Assembly (NCBI GenBank): GCA_964035545.1
Contig: OZ037768.1
Span: 13,897,675 to 13,961,674 of the forward strand
Length of the DNA: 64,000 nucleotides
Source: Bugula neritina
Taxonomy: Eukaryota; Animalia; Bryozoa
Direction: 5' to 3'
Position numbers and translations under genes: made by a program. Of the stretch, positions 13,208-21,670 are shown piece by piece. Numbering within the stretch: position 1 is the first letter of the stretch; each line of letters opens with the position of its first letter. Below the pieces are notes generated by a model. The model did not search any database and was not told the DNA's origin. It saw only the letters and a program-made list of their open reading frames with translations.

Positions 13208-14380
13208 ATGACTGACACTGTGACTTCTTGTAGGGTAAGTCTAATAGTGAAATTCTGTTATTCAATTAGAATTTAGCCTAGTAGGCAACTACAGTCTCAC
13301 TTTATTATAATGATAAAGTTGGACTCCTGACGTCAGGTGATTTCACTGACGACTTGTAGTTGAGTAATCACCCAAATAGTTTATGGAACCAGAAGGTTGC
13401 TGATTATTCTACTCGGTCGCAGTGTCGTACTAACTAGGAGGAGTTTTCTACAAGGGAGTGGTGATTCAATAACTGCTACGGTTGAATCCATGTGTTCTGT
13501 TGCAGGTGAGGCTGCGCCTGGGTCTCCCGGGATGCAGGCTTTATTAGATGCCCCTACTTCTTAATGGGAGGATATATCTCACGCTGGCCTGCAACTGCTA
13601 TCCGACCTGCACTTTGGTACCCAGCCGGCCGAACAACCACCCATAGATGCTAGTACAATGCAGGTGACCACCAATGATGCTCTAGCCTTGCCACAGGCTC
13701 TCCTCAAAAAGGTGAAATAGACCACCAGGCAGACGAAGATGTTGGTACAAGCGATCATAGGCCTGGAGACCAACAGGAAATGTGATGAGTGCCGGCGCAC
13801 CTTTTCCACCATAAAGCGGCTCTGCGTACACGTGCCGCAGCACTTTACAGTGACACTCTGCCCCTGTGGTGTCCATCACTTTTATAGAGATGCTATCCTC
13901 CGTCATCAAAGGACAAAGCAATTTTATGCCTATCACATATTTGAGGTGGATCAAGATTTATACAGAGAGTTTCAAGACTTAATTCTCTCCCACGTATTCT
14001 CTCCATCACGACAGGAATCATTGCTGCAAGAGTTTCCCAGTACTCGGCCAACAGTGGAAAATGACTCGGACGCCACTGGTTCCAACTTCAACCCTGTAGT
14101 CCCCGTGTTGGCTAAAGTGATGGTGACTCGCGCTAGTCGGTCGGTAAAGGAGTCCATCCAGCCACTCCCCTCTCAGTCGTTACCCACTTCCATGTCACGT
14201 CGGAAGAGAAGAAAGAGGTCCAAGGCTACGACAACCCCTGACGACACTATAAAGGCTAAAATGTGTACAAACCTGGAGAAGCTACAACAGCGCTTCGCCA
14301 GACTATGTAAGGAGCAACAACGGATAGTCTCGAAGCTAGCTCGGTTACAGGAGCTCTTCAACAAGCAGACCTCTAACTAA
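13208..14380 (+). pseudogene. Decayed zinc-finger/coiled-coil ORF3 of copy B
   Basis: CDECRRTFSTIKRLCVHVPQHFTVTLCPCGVHHFYRDAILRHQR, a basic RRKRRKRSK patch and a terminal heptad repeat. Donor GTAAGT at 13235, acceptor TTGCAG ending at 13505. Confidence 0.8.
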
Positions 14381-14523
14381 ACGATATGTATCATGATGAT
14401 TATTATTCCCGGCGGTTGTTTCAGCTCGTGGGTGCGAGTTCCTTTGCTTACATTATTGTAAATAGTTGTAATCAGAGTATGGTCGTGGGACAGTGCATTA
14501 ACTGTAAATATATATTGTTATAT

Positions 14524-14829
14524 TGTTATGTTTTTCAGATTTAGGGTTGATGTGCCACCAAGAGAGTCTATTTATCACTAGAGAAACTTCACCGAGTTAA
14601 GTCGAGTAGATATCGTTATATTTTAATACAAGAATACATAATAAAATCTAATGTACAACAGTAATGATACGCACGTCTATTTAATTTACAGCACTATCCT
14701 CAACTGAGCTAGTAGCGCGAAGCGGCTACTATTACTTATAAAACAGCCTAGCTAATTGGCTAATACATTGTTCCGGGTCAATACGCAACCTTGCGTATTG
14801 TGTTGCTGGTAGCTCCACGAGCCACCACA
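14524..14829 (-). repeat. 3' LTR of copy C
   Basis: Direct repeat of 21671-21976 with TG...CA ends. Confidence 0.97.
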
Positions 14830-15097
14830 CTGCCCCCTCCAGCAGAAAGCCCACTTTCTGATAAAATAAAATTCACATAAAAAAACGTATACTTCGTTGT
14901 GGGGGGGTAAGAGAACAGTATAAAAGTATATACAAAAAAAACAACAACTGATAAAATATACAGGTATATATAACGTGCACAATAAGTAATAAGTAAGAGA
15001 AGGTCCTATCTACATGTAGAGTACGTGCCACCATTACGGTAAGGAATGCCACAGAGAGGTAGGGGAAGAGTAGTATGGAATTGTAGGTAGACTCAAG

Positions 15098-16171
15098 TTA
15101 ACTGCGGGCCGCACGCTTCATGCGTTTAATAGACTCCTGTAAATATTTGAGTTCACTGGATGCAGCCTGCACCCGTGGGGCCAGTCTGTACACTTCTTGC
15201 TCTAAGTCGTGTGCCCTAGCTTCTACTTCACGTAGGTTGCGGGCCCAGGGGGACGAGCGAGAGGAAGTCGGCTGTCTGTGTCTTTTCCGCTCTGAGGATG
15301 GAAGGGGAGGAGGGAGTGTATATGCATTTGTGTCTACCCTCTGTAGTACGACACGAGGAAAGGTATGCGGCATGCGTAGAGGACTGTGAGGTGGAGAGTT
15401 AGTAGACTGTGTAGGTTTATCTGCGGCTCCAGAGATGATGGGTCGCGGGGAAGGGAAGCCTTGCTCCAGGCGAGATAGCCGAGCTGAGTCAGTGATGAGT
15501 GGTTTGATGGCGTTGAGAAAGGCAGGATAGGATGATTCGTCTACTTCATAGACATGCCCTTGATAACACTGCATAGCACGTTGGTGCCGCAATAGGTAAT
15601 CACGATTGTAGCTATATTCTCCGCAAGGGCAGAAAGTGGTGATGTAGTGCTGCGGCAAGTGTACTTTTAGTCTGCGGTGGGTTGTGAATCGCTGCTGGCA
15701 GAGGTTGCATTCACGATTACTCTCACCTCCTTGATGGGTCCTGATTTCTCTCTCTGTGGCAGGGGTAATCCAGTTGGAGGTTGCTTCCAACTGGGGTGGC
15801 AGTTGCCTGGTTGTAGAAGTTGTTGGGGCCGGCTCTGGGTCCCACGCCATCTCTAGAGAAGGCATGCCCGGAGAGACGGGCGCGAGTGTGTCTACAAAAG
15901 TAGAATTATTGTTAGATCGCGGTGGATCTTTACAACATAATTCTAGTGACTGTCGACCGTTGCTAGCCTGAGAGTCACAGCTTTTGGAATGCACTCGAGG
16001 AACCGATGAATCATGTGTGGACTGGCCAAGAACAGTGTCTAGCTCCAGGTCTAACAGACCGTCGGCCATTACAGTGTCTTCATCGTCATTCACATGAAAC
16101 GTGGTTCCCAGTAATTCTGATTCAAGCTGCTGAATTAGTTCAGAATTTACTGGCATCGAGCCCGTTTCCAT
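15098..16171 (-). CDS. ORF3: tandem C2H2-type zinc finger plus coiled-coil accessory protein (357 aa unspliced; 272 aa if spliced from mini-exon 16203-16227)
   Basis: CNLCQQRFTTHRRLKVHLPQH (C-x2-C-x12-H-x3-H), then CPCGEYSYNRDYLLRHQRAMQC, PRVVL, RKRHR and a C-terminal heptad repeat. Homologous ORFs occur in copies A, B and E. Confidence 0.85.
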   Translation of the reverse strand: METGSMPVNSELIQQLESELLGTTFHVNDDEDTVMADGLLDLELDTVLGQSTHDSSVPRVHSKSCDSQASNGRQSLELCCKDPPRSNNNSTFVDTLAPVSPGMPSLEMAWDPEPAPTTSTTRQLPPQLEATSNWITPATEREIRTHQGGESNRECNLCQQRFTTHRRLKVHLPQHYITTFCPCGEYSYNRDYLLRHQRAMQCYQGHVYEVDESSYPAFLNAIKPLITDSARLSRLEQGFPSPRPIISGAADKPTQSTNSPPHSPLRMPHTFPRVVLQRVDTNAYTLPPPLPSSERKRHRQPTSSRSSPWARNLREVEARAHDLEQEVYRLAPRVQAASSELKYLQESIKRMKRAARS

Positions 16172-16188
16172 GAATAGGAATACAAGAC

Positions 16189-19100
16189 TTATACTGGCTT
16201 ACCTGGGAACTCGGTATTAATGTCCATACTCAACGTTCTTGGTAAGGTTGGAGCTGGTTGTGAGATACGTCTGCCTTTGGCGATGTCAGCATAAGAAAAG
16301 GCTGAGCATCGTTTCTGAGGCACGAGGTCGGAACTATTTGCTTTACGCGCATTAATTCCTCCCACTATTCCGCCCTCGCAAAAGTTGATATTTGCGTGGG
16401 GTTCACAACTCCAACATGTTATCGTACGGTTTTCCCCTAGACTTTCATGCGCGCCGCTTCTAACGCAGTCACATACGAAGTCTTTTAAATATGATGGGGG
16501 TTTCCTCGTACGCTGTCCCCTTTCTAGGGGGGGTGACACGCTTGCCGGTTCGTTAGTAGGGGCCTCTAATGGCGTCTCTACTTCACCGTTAGCGGTCACC
16601 TCTTCTTGTTCTCCGGATGGAGCCCCTCCCTCCGTGGGGGTTTGCACTTCCGGAACCGGCTCGGTTTCTGGAAGTGATGGAATTAGACTCGGCGGCGGCG
16701 GACACGCTTCTGTTGGCAAAAGCTGCCGCTCCTCTCTCACCAAGTTTTCTTCCCGCGGTATGACCACTTCGTATTCAGGTCCATGCCGCCGTCGCCCGCG
16801 CGTCGTTGTCTGCCTCCTGGGCTCTAACAACGGGGGGGCTTCTCCCACTCCGTCGGGGCTAGCCCAATACGGTTTCAAGCGAGACTCATTCTGGATAGAC
16901 ACCTGTCCTGAGCGCTCAATCTTGTACGTATGATTGGGCATAGCCTCGACGACCACGTAGGGGCCTACGAACTTAGGCTTCAGTTTGTCAGCCTGTCCGC
17001 GACGCCTACGGTAATTGACCATCCACACCTTATCTCCCGTTTGATAGAGAGGTGGTTCATCGGAATCTTCGTGCCGCACCTTCCACTGCTGTTGACGCAG
17101 TATATCGTGTGCGGCCTTCATCCGTTCCACTAGTTCACTGGCATACTCGTGAACCGAGTTGTCTTGCTCTGGAACGTGATAGGTGAGATGGTCAGGGACA
17201 CGAGTCTCTCTCCCGAGCATCAAGAGGTTTGGGGTCTCACCAGTACTGGTGTGTGGGGTGCTACGGTATGCACGCATGACTTGCGGCAATACCGTATCCC
17301 ATTCCTCTTGACCTCGTCCAAGGAGGAGACTCCGGAGTGCATCACCTAGCATCCGGTTGTTGCGCTCCACCACCCCGTTACCTTGAGGGTGGTAGGGGGT
17401 GGTCCTGCTCTGATTTACTCCCCAGAGGTGGCAAAGGTCGCTCATCAGTTGAGACTGGAATTGAGCGCCTTGATCAGAGTGTATCTGTTCGGGAAGCCCA
17501 AAATAACAGAATACATGTTGGTCTAGCGCCCTGGCCACTGTTGGGGCTGATGCATCTGGGATAGCCAGAGCATCCGCCCACCTAGTAAAGTGGTCGGTTA
17601 GTACTAGTATCCAATTATTGCCTCTGGGGGTCAGGGGCATGGGTCCGACCAGGTCTACAGCGACTACTTGCCAGGGCCTACCAGCATATAGCCTCCGCCG
17701 TCCTGCTTCACCAGGGGGGCGGCTATGCTTACTGGCCTGGCAGATCTCACACTGTTTGACTCTGAGCCGGACGTCACGCTCCATCTGCGGCCAATACCAC
17801 CGGAGTCGTAATTTGGATATCACTCTCTTGACCCCTGCGTGGGCCTGCTTGTGAGTATCCCAAATCAACTCACGGCGGACGGCCGTGGGGCAGACTACCC
17901 TCTTCCTTTCCGGGTGTCTGCCGCTGGCAGCTAGAGAGATGGTTAGCAACCCATCCTGCCCGATCCGCAGCGAGTCCCAACGCTGACAGTATAGCCGGAA
18001 CTCGGCGCATCCCTGTCGTATGCGTTCCTCGCTGGGTCGTCGCCCTTCCCTTTTGGCCCGGTATATGTCTGCCACGACTCCAGGCAGCTCTTCTTGGAGC
18101 TTCTTCAGCTCTCGAACATTACCGGCCAATACAGGGTTGGCGCGGAGGTTTTGTACATCCTCCGGGGACTCATCAACTCTTTGTCTGAGTTGACCTTGGT
18201 CCCAGTCAAACGGTGCTCCGTGATGAGCCAGCGTCTCCAACTCGCATCGCGGGGGACCTCCATCCCTCCTCTCGATGTTGAGACACTGTTTGCAACCTCC
18301 GTCAGGTCGGCGACTCAACCCATCCGCATTACTGTGTCTCTTGCCCGGTCGATGTTCGATCCGGTATGAGAATTCAGCTAGGATTTCGAGCCACCGGGCG
18401 ACCTGACTAGAGGGCTCTGCTCTCTTGCACAACCAGATCAGCGAGGCATGATCCGTACGCAGCCGGAACTTCCTGCCGTATAGGTATGGTCTGAAGTGCT
18501 TCACTGACTTGATTACTGCCAGCAGCTCCTTGCGGGTAGTGCAGTAATTTCGTTCAGCGGGTGAGAGAGACTTGCTGTAGTAGGCTACTACTACCTCTCG
18601 GCCTTCCTGCACTTGTGACAGCACAGCGCCAACATTTTGGTCACTGGCGTCCGTGTCGAGGATGTACTCCAGAGTGGGGTCTGGGTAGGCCAAGATGGGT
18701 GCCGTTAGTAGGCAGCCCTTGAGGCGGTCGAACGCTTCTTGTTCGACTGGGGTCCACTGCCACGCCACTCCCTTTGCGGTGAGCCGGTTTAACGGCTGGG
18801 CTATGCCCGCAAAGTCTGGTATGTATTGCCTGTAATACCCTACCAGCCCCAAGAAAGCCCGGAGTCCGGTCAAGTCTTGGGGGGTGACCCAGTCTTCTAC
18901 CGCCCGTACCTTTTCGGGATCCGTTGCCACGCCGTTTCGACCGACAACGTGCCCCAGGTACTTGACCTCCGGCTGCAATAGAGCGCACTTGGAAGGTTTG
19001 AGCTTGAGACCGGCACCTCGGAGTCTCTCGAAAACCTCCTGCAGACGACTGACATGTGTCTCGAAGTCTGGAGAGATTACGATGACATCATCGAGGTAGA

Positions 19101-20463
19101 CCAGCAGTGTCTTCCAATGGAGTCCGCTAAGGACTTGTTCCATCAGCCTCTGGAAGGTGGCTGGGGCGGAGGTTAACCCGAAGGGCAGCACCTTCCACTT
19201 CCACAAACCGTCCCGTGTGATAAACGCCGCTTTCTCTTGGGCGTCGGGACTCAGAGGAACCTGCCAATAGCCGCTTAGCAAGTCTAACGTACTGAAGTAC
19301 TTGCTGCCGGCTAGGGCGTCCAATGACTCGTCAATACGAGGTAGAGGGTAGGCGTCCTGTATGGTTACGCTATTGAGTTTGCGGTAGTCCACACAGAACC
19401 GCCAACTGCCGTCTTTCTTCCGGACCAGTACGACTGGCGAGCTCCACGCACTATGGGCGGGCTCTATCAGTCCCCGGTCCAAAAGATCCCGTACTTGTCG
19501 GCTGACCTCCTTCTCTTTCTCCGGCCCCAGCCTGCGCGTGGGTTGCCGGACAGGGACTGTCCCTGCAGTCAGCGGTATTTCGTGTCTGACAATTCCAGTC
19601 AGTCCCACGTCATGCTCTCCGCTGCTGAACACATCACCGTAGTCGCGTAGTAACTTAGCCATAGCTTGGCGTTCTCTGTTACTCGCGCAGCCGCCACTGG
19701 CTGTTTCGTATAACTCTCGGAGATGTGTTGGGACTGCCCCTCGTCCCTGAATAGGGTATCGAGGGGGTGCCTCCGTCGCGTCACCCAGCGACGGGCCCAC
19801 GTCCTCTTCCTGGACGGAGTGGAACCGGCCCAGCATTGACCCAGCTGGGAGCTCAATGGGCTCGGTAAAGGGGTTGACACACTGCACTAAGACCTCCCCT
19901 CGCTCAGTTAGTCGGTTTAAACTACTGGCGAGTTGGATCCTTTCGTGCGCGCCTTCAACGACCCCGAGCCTGGCTATCCGGTTGCTGTTCACTCGGCAGT
20001 GGATAGTAGCTCTGGAGCGTCCGGGTACGGTGCAGTTTCGAACTACCTGAACACCGCCCACCAGAGGACGCCCAAACTTATCCACACAGGCGAGTTCTCG
20101 CCCGCCCATCAGCACCACCGACTTACTAAAGTCTATTCGGCACTGGTGTTGCTTCAAGAAGGGCATTCCGAGGATAGCATCTTCCTCCAGTTGACCTATG
20201 ACAAAGGTCTCCTGTACAGCCTGATCTCGGACACGCCCAGGGAGCTCGATAATACCATAAAAGGGAATACATGACCCGTCTGCCAGGGTGCCATGTTCCC
20301 CCGTATACGGTCGTACTCTATCCCTGTCCCGGCGGGGCAGTGCCTCAAAGACTCTACGACTAAGAAGGTTGGTAGTACAACCGGAGTCGAGCAGGAAAGT
20401 GACGGCGTTGCCGGCCACCTTTCCGGGTAGGAAATAGCTCTCTCCATGTGGTTGTACTTTCAC
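16189..20463 (-). CDS. pol: Pol polyprotein (protease, RT, RNase H, integrase)
   Basis: 1424-aa ORF with LLDSG protease, YLDD RT, DTDAS/ELLA/TDH RNase H, and H-x3-H...C-x2-C plus DDE integrase, in gypsy order. Confidence 0.97.
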   Translation of the reverse strand: MKVQPHGESYFLPGKVAGNAVTFLLDSGCTTNLLSRRVFEALPRRDRDRVRPYTGEHGTLADGSCIPFYGIIELPGRVRDQAVQETFVIGQLEEDAILGMPFLKQHQCRIDFSKSVVLMGGRELACVDKFGRPLVGGVQVVRNCTVPGRSRATIHCRVNSNRIARLGVVEGAHERIQLASSLNRLTERGEVLVQCVNPFTEPIELPAGSMLGRFHSVQEEDVGPSLGDATEAPPRYPIQGRGAVPTHLRELYETASGGCASNRERQAMAKLLRDYGDVFSSGEHDVGLTGIVRHEIPLTAGTVPVRQPTRRLGPEKEKEVSRQVRDLLDRGLIEPAHSAWSSPVVLVRKKDGSWRFCVDYRKLNSVTIQDAYPLPRIDESLDALAGSKYFSTLDLLSGYWQVPLSPDAQEKAAFITRDGLWKWKVLPFGLTSAPATFQRLMEQVLSGLHWKTLLVYLDDVIVISPDFETHVSRLQEVFERLRGAGLKLKPSKCALLQPEVKYLGHVVGRNGVATDPEKVRAVEDWVTPQDLTGLRAFLGLVGYYRQYIPDFAGIAQPLNRLTAKGVAWQWTPVEQEAFDRLKGCLLTAPILAYPDPTLEYILDTDASDQNVGAVLSQVQEGREVVVAYYSKSLSPAERNYCTTRKELLAVIKSVKHFRPYLYGRKFRLRTDHASLIWLCKRAEPSSQVARWLEILAEFSYRIEHRPGKRHSNADGLSRRPDGGCKQCLNIERRDGGPPRCELETLAHHGAPFDWDQGQLRQRVDESPEDVQNLRANPVLAGNVRELKKLQEELPGVVADIYRAKREGRRPSEERIRQGCAEFRLYCQRWDSLRIGQDGLLTISLAASGRHPERKRVVCPTAVRRELIWDTHKQAHAGVKRVISKLRLRWYWPQMERDVRLRVKQCEICQASKHSRPPGEAGRRRLYAGRPWQVVAVDLVGPMPLTPRGNNWILVLTDHFTRWADALAIPDASAPTVARALDQHVFCYFGLPEQIHSDQGAQFQSQLMSDLCHLWGVNQSRTTPYHPQGNGVVERNNRMLGDALRSLLLGRGQEEWDTVLPQVMRAYRSTPHTSTGETPNLLMLGRETRVPDHLTYHVPEQDNSVHEYASELVERMKAAHDILRQQQWKVRHEDSDEPPLYQTGDKVWMVNYRRRRGQADKLKPKFVGPYVVVEAMPNHTYKIERSGQVSIQNESRLKPYWASPDGVGEAPPLLEPRRQTTTRGRRRHGPEYEVVIPREENLVREERQLLPTEACPPPPSLIPSLPETEPVPEVQTPTEGGAPSGEQEEVTANGEVETPLEAPTNEPASVSPPLERGQRTRKPPSYLKDFVCDCVRSGAHESLGENRTITCWSCEPHANINFCEGGIVGGINARKANSSDLVPQKRCSAFSYADIAKGRRISQPAPTLPRTLSMDINTEFPGKPV

Positions 20464-20770
20464 CCCCCCCCCCCCCCCGCATGTGCTGTCCTGGTTTGAC
20501 AGGACGGCGGGGATTTCACCCGTGGTTTACGGGGCTTCCGGCGGCGAGGTTGGTGCCGGCGGGGTTTGGGCCTCTCCACTGGGCCTTCTGGCTCCATTTC
20601 AGTGGCGGGCTCCTCTTCCCGAGGTAACCGGTGAAACCGGTTAGCGAGTGGCAGGGAGAAGGTACTTGGCCGTTGTGCGGGCCTACTAGTCCTGCGTGGT
20701 ACCTGCCACTCGGGTGGAGTGTTCCGTCGTGTCCGTACGGACAGACGACGGCGTGTTCCACCATACTCCT

Positions 20771-21637
20771 TCAGTTGCGGCCCGCGGGGAGGGAGAGTGT
20801 CCGCGGGCCGTGACAGTTTAACGCCCCCTGGTATTGGGGTCGTCTTTTCTGTCCCTGGTCCTGATCAGCGCTACTCCAGCCCTGCCCCACAGGCGTTGGA
20901 GGCACCCGCAGGGCCTGACCGGGGCCAGCACCGGCCAGAATGGTTACCAGTTGTCCCAGCATCTCTACCATACGGTCCACTTCGGCTTCCAGCGGGAGGG
21001 CTTCGGGACCTGTCGTAGCCCTGGCAGCGCTGACTCCAACTACTGGTGGGTTCCTTTGTGCTCGATGCATTTGGGTAGCCAACAGGTAAGCTTCTCCAGC
21101 CTTCAGGGCATCCTCTATTTTGGTTATCCTTTTAGCTCGTAGGTGATGGTCTAGGCCCAGGTCGTTTAGTGACTGGACAAAGGCGTCATAGGTGTAACGC
21201 TCTTGGTGTTGTGCTGGCAGATCGCTATATGCAATCTGCGCCAGCTTCTTCACCGTCGCGGCATGTTCTTGCAGCGAGGTCCGCGGGGTGCGGCACAATC
21301 TCTCTAGCTTGGTCCTAGCGTCTATTACGGAGATGCCAAAACGGGCCCGCAGCGCAGCCAGTATTCCGTCTACGTCCGTTCCCACTCCGTACGGCTTGGC
21401 TTGCTCCGTCACCGCTCTCCGCAATTGAATAAGGGCCACTCTATGCGGCCATTGAGCAACCTCCATTACCTCTCTAAATTCTTGTATAAATTGTTCGACA
21501 TCTTCCGACCCAGTAAAGGTGGGAGCTTTCAAGCAATGTCTATAAGCTTCTTCTCCCTCACGATTCACAGGATTAACAGCATTTCTACGCTCACCTTCTA
21601 CTGGGGGTGGTTGCATTCTAGTATTTTCAGTCTCCAT
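20771..21637 (-). CDS. gag: Gag (288 aa, no CCHC knuckle)
   Basis: Starts 14 nt after the PBS. KAPTFTG..DVEQFI..F capsid-like start. Nearly identical to 62729-63595. Confidence 0.9.
   Translation of the reverse strand: METENTRMQPPPVEGERRNAVNPVNREGEEAYRHCLKAPTFTGSEDVEQFIQEFREVMEVAQWPHRVALIQLRRAVTEQAKPYGVGTDVDGILAALRARFGISVIDARTKLERLCRTPRTSLQEHAATVKKLAQIAYSDLPAQHQERYTYDAFVQSLNDLGLDHHLRAKRITKIEDALKAGEAYLLATQMHRAQRNPPVVGVSAARATTGPEALPLEAEVDRMVEMLGQLVTILAGAGPGQALRVPPTPVGQGWSSADQDQGQKRRPQYQGALNCHGPRTLSLPAGRN
20778..20822 (-). promoter_or_regulatory. Putative -1 ribosomal frameshift signal (G_UUA_AAC plus stem-loop)
   Basis: Heptamer at 20816-20822 in the Gag frame, a 5-nt spacer, then a perfect 10-bp stem CGGCCCGCGG/CCGCGGGCCG. 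Equivalent sites are at 55112 and 63544. In copy D the -1 frame is open from this site into pol. Confidence 0.8.
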
Positions 21638-21651
21638 CTTTGATATACACT

Positions 21652-21669
21652 ATCCCACCGCTGCCACCA
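21652..21669 (-). promoter_or_regulatory. Primer-binding site, tRNA-Leu
   Basis: TGGTGGCAGCGGTGGGAT is complementary to the tRNA-Leu(AAG/UAG) 3' end. It is identical at 54183-54200 and 62697-62714. Confidence 0.9.
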
Positions 21670-21670
21670 C

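Larger units (their letters stand above)
6391..14523 (+). mobile_element. Decayed gypsy copy B (RNase H, integrase, ORF3), interrupted by nested insertions
   Basis: RNase H ORF 6391-6580 (...AEPSSQ) resumes at 11203 (ARWLGIL...HRPGKKH). Integrase fragments at 11702-12796 and zinc-finger ORF at 13739-14380. More divergent from C than A or E. Confidence 0.85.

Noticed and set aside
15098-16171. ORF3 as an env gene
   Set aside because: No signal peptide, transmembrane helix or fusion peptide. It has zinc-finger and coiled-coil features instead.
16385-20274. Many antisense and alternate-frame ORFs over pol, recurring in several copies
   Set aside because: They are shadows of the GC-rich pol frame, and they recur only because the copies are homologous.
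20516-20764. 82-aa ORF between gag and pol (also 63602-63850)
   Set aside because: It lies in the Gag frame after the gag stop. Similarity to copy E is in the -1 transframe reading, not in this frame.
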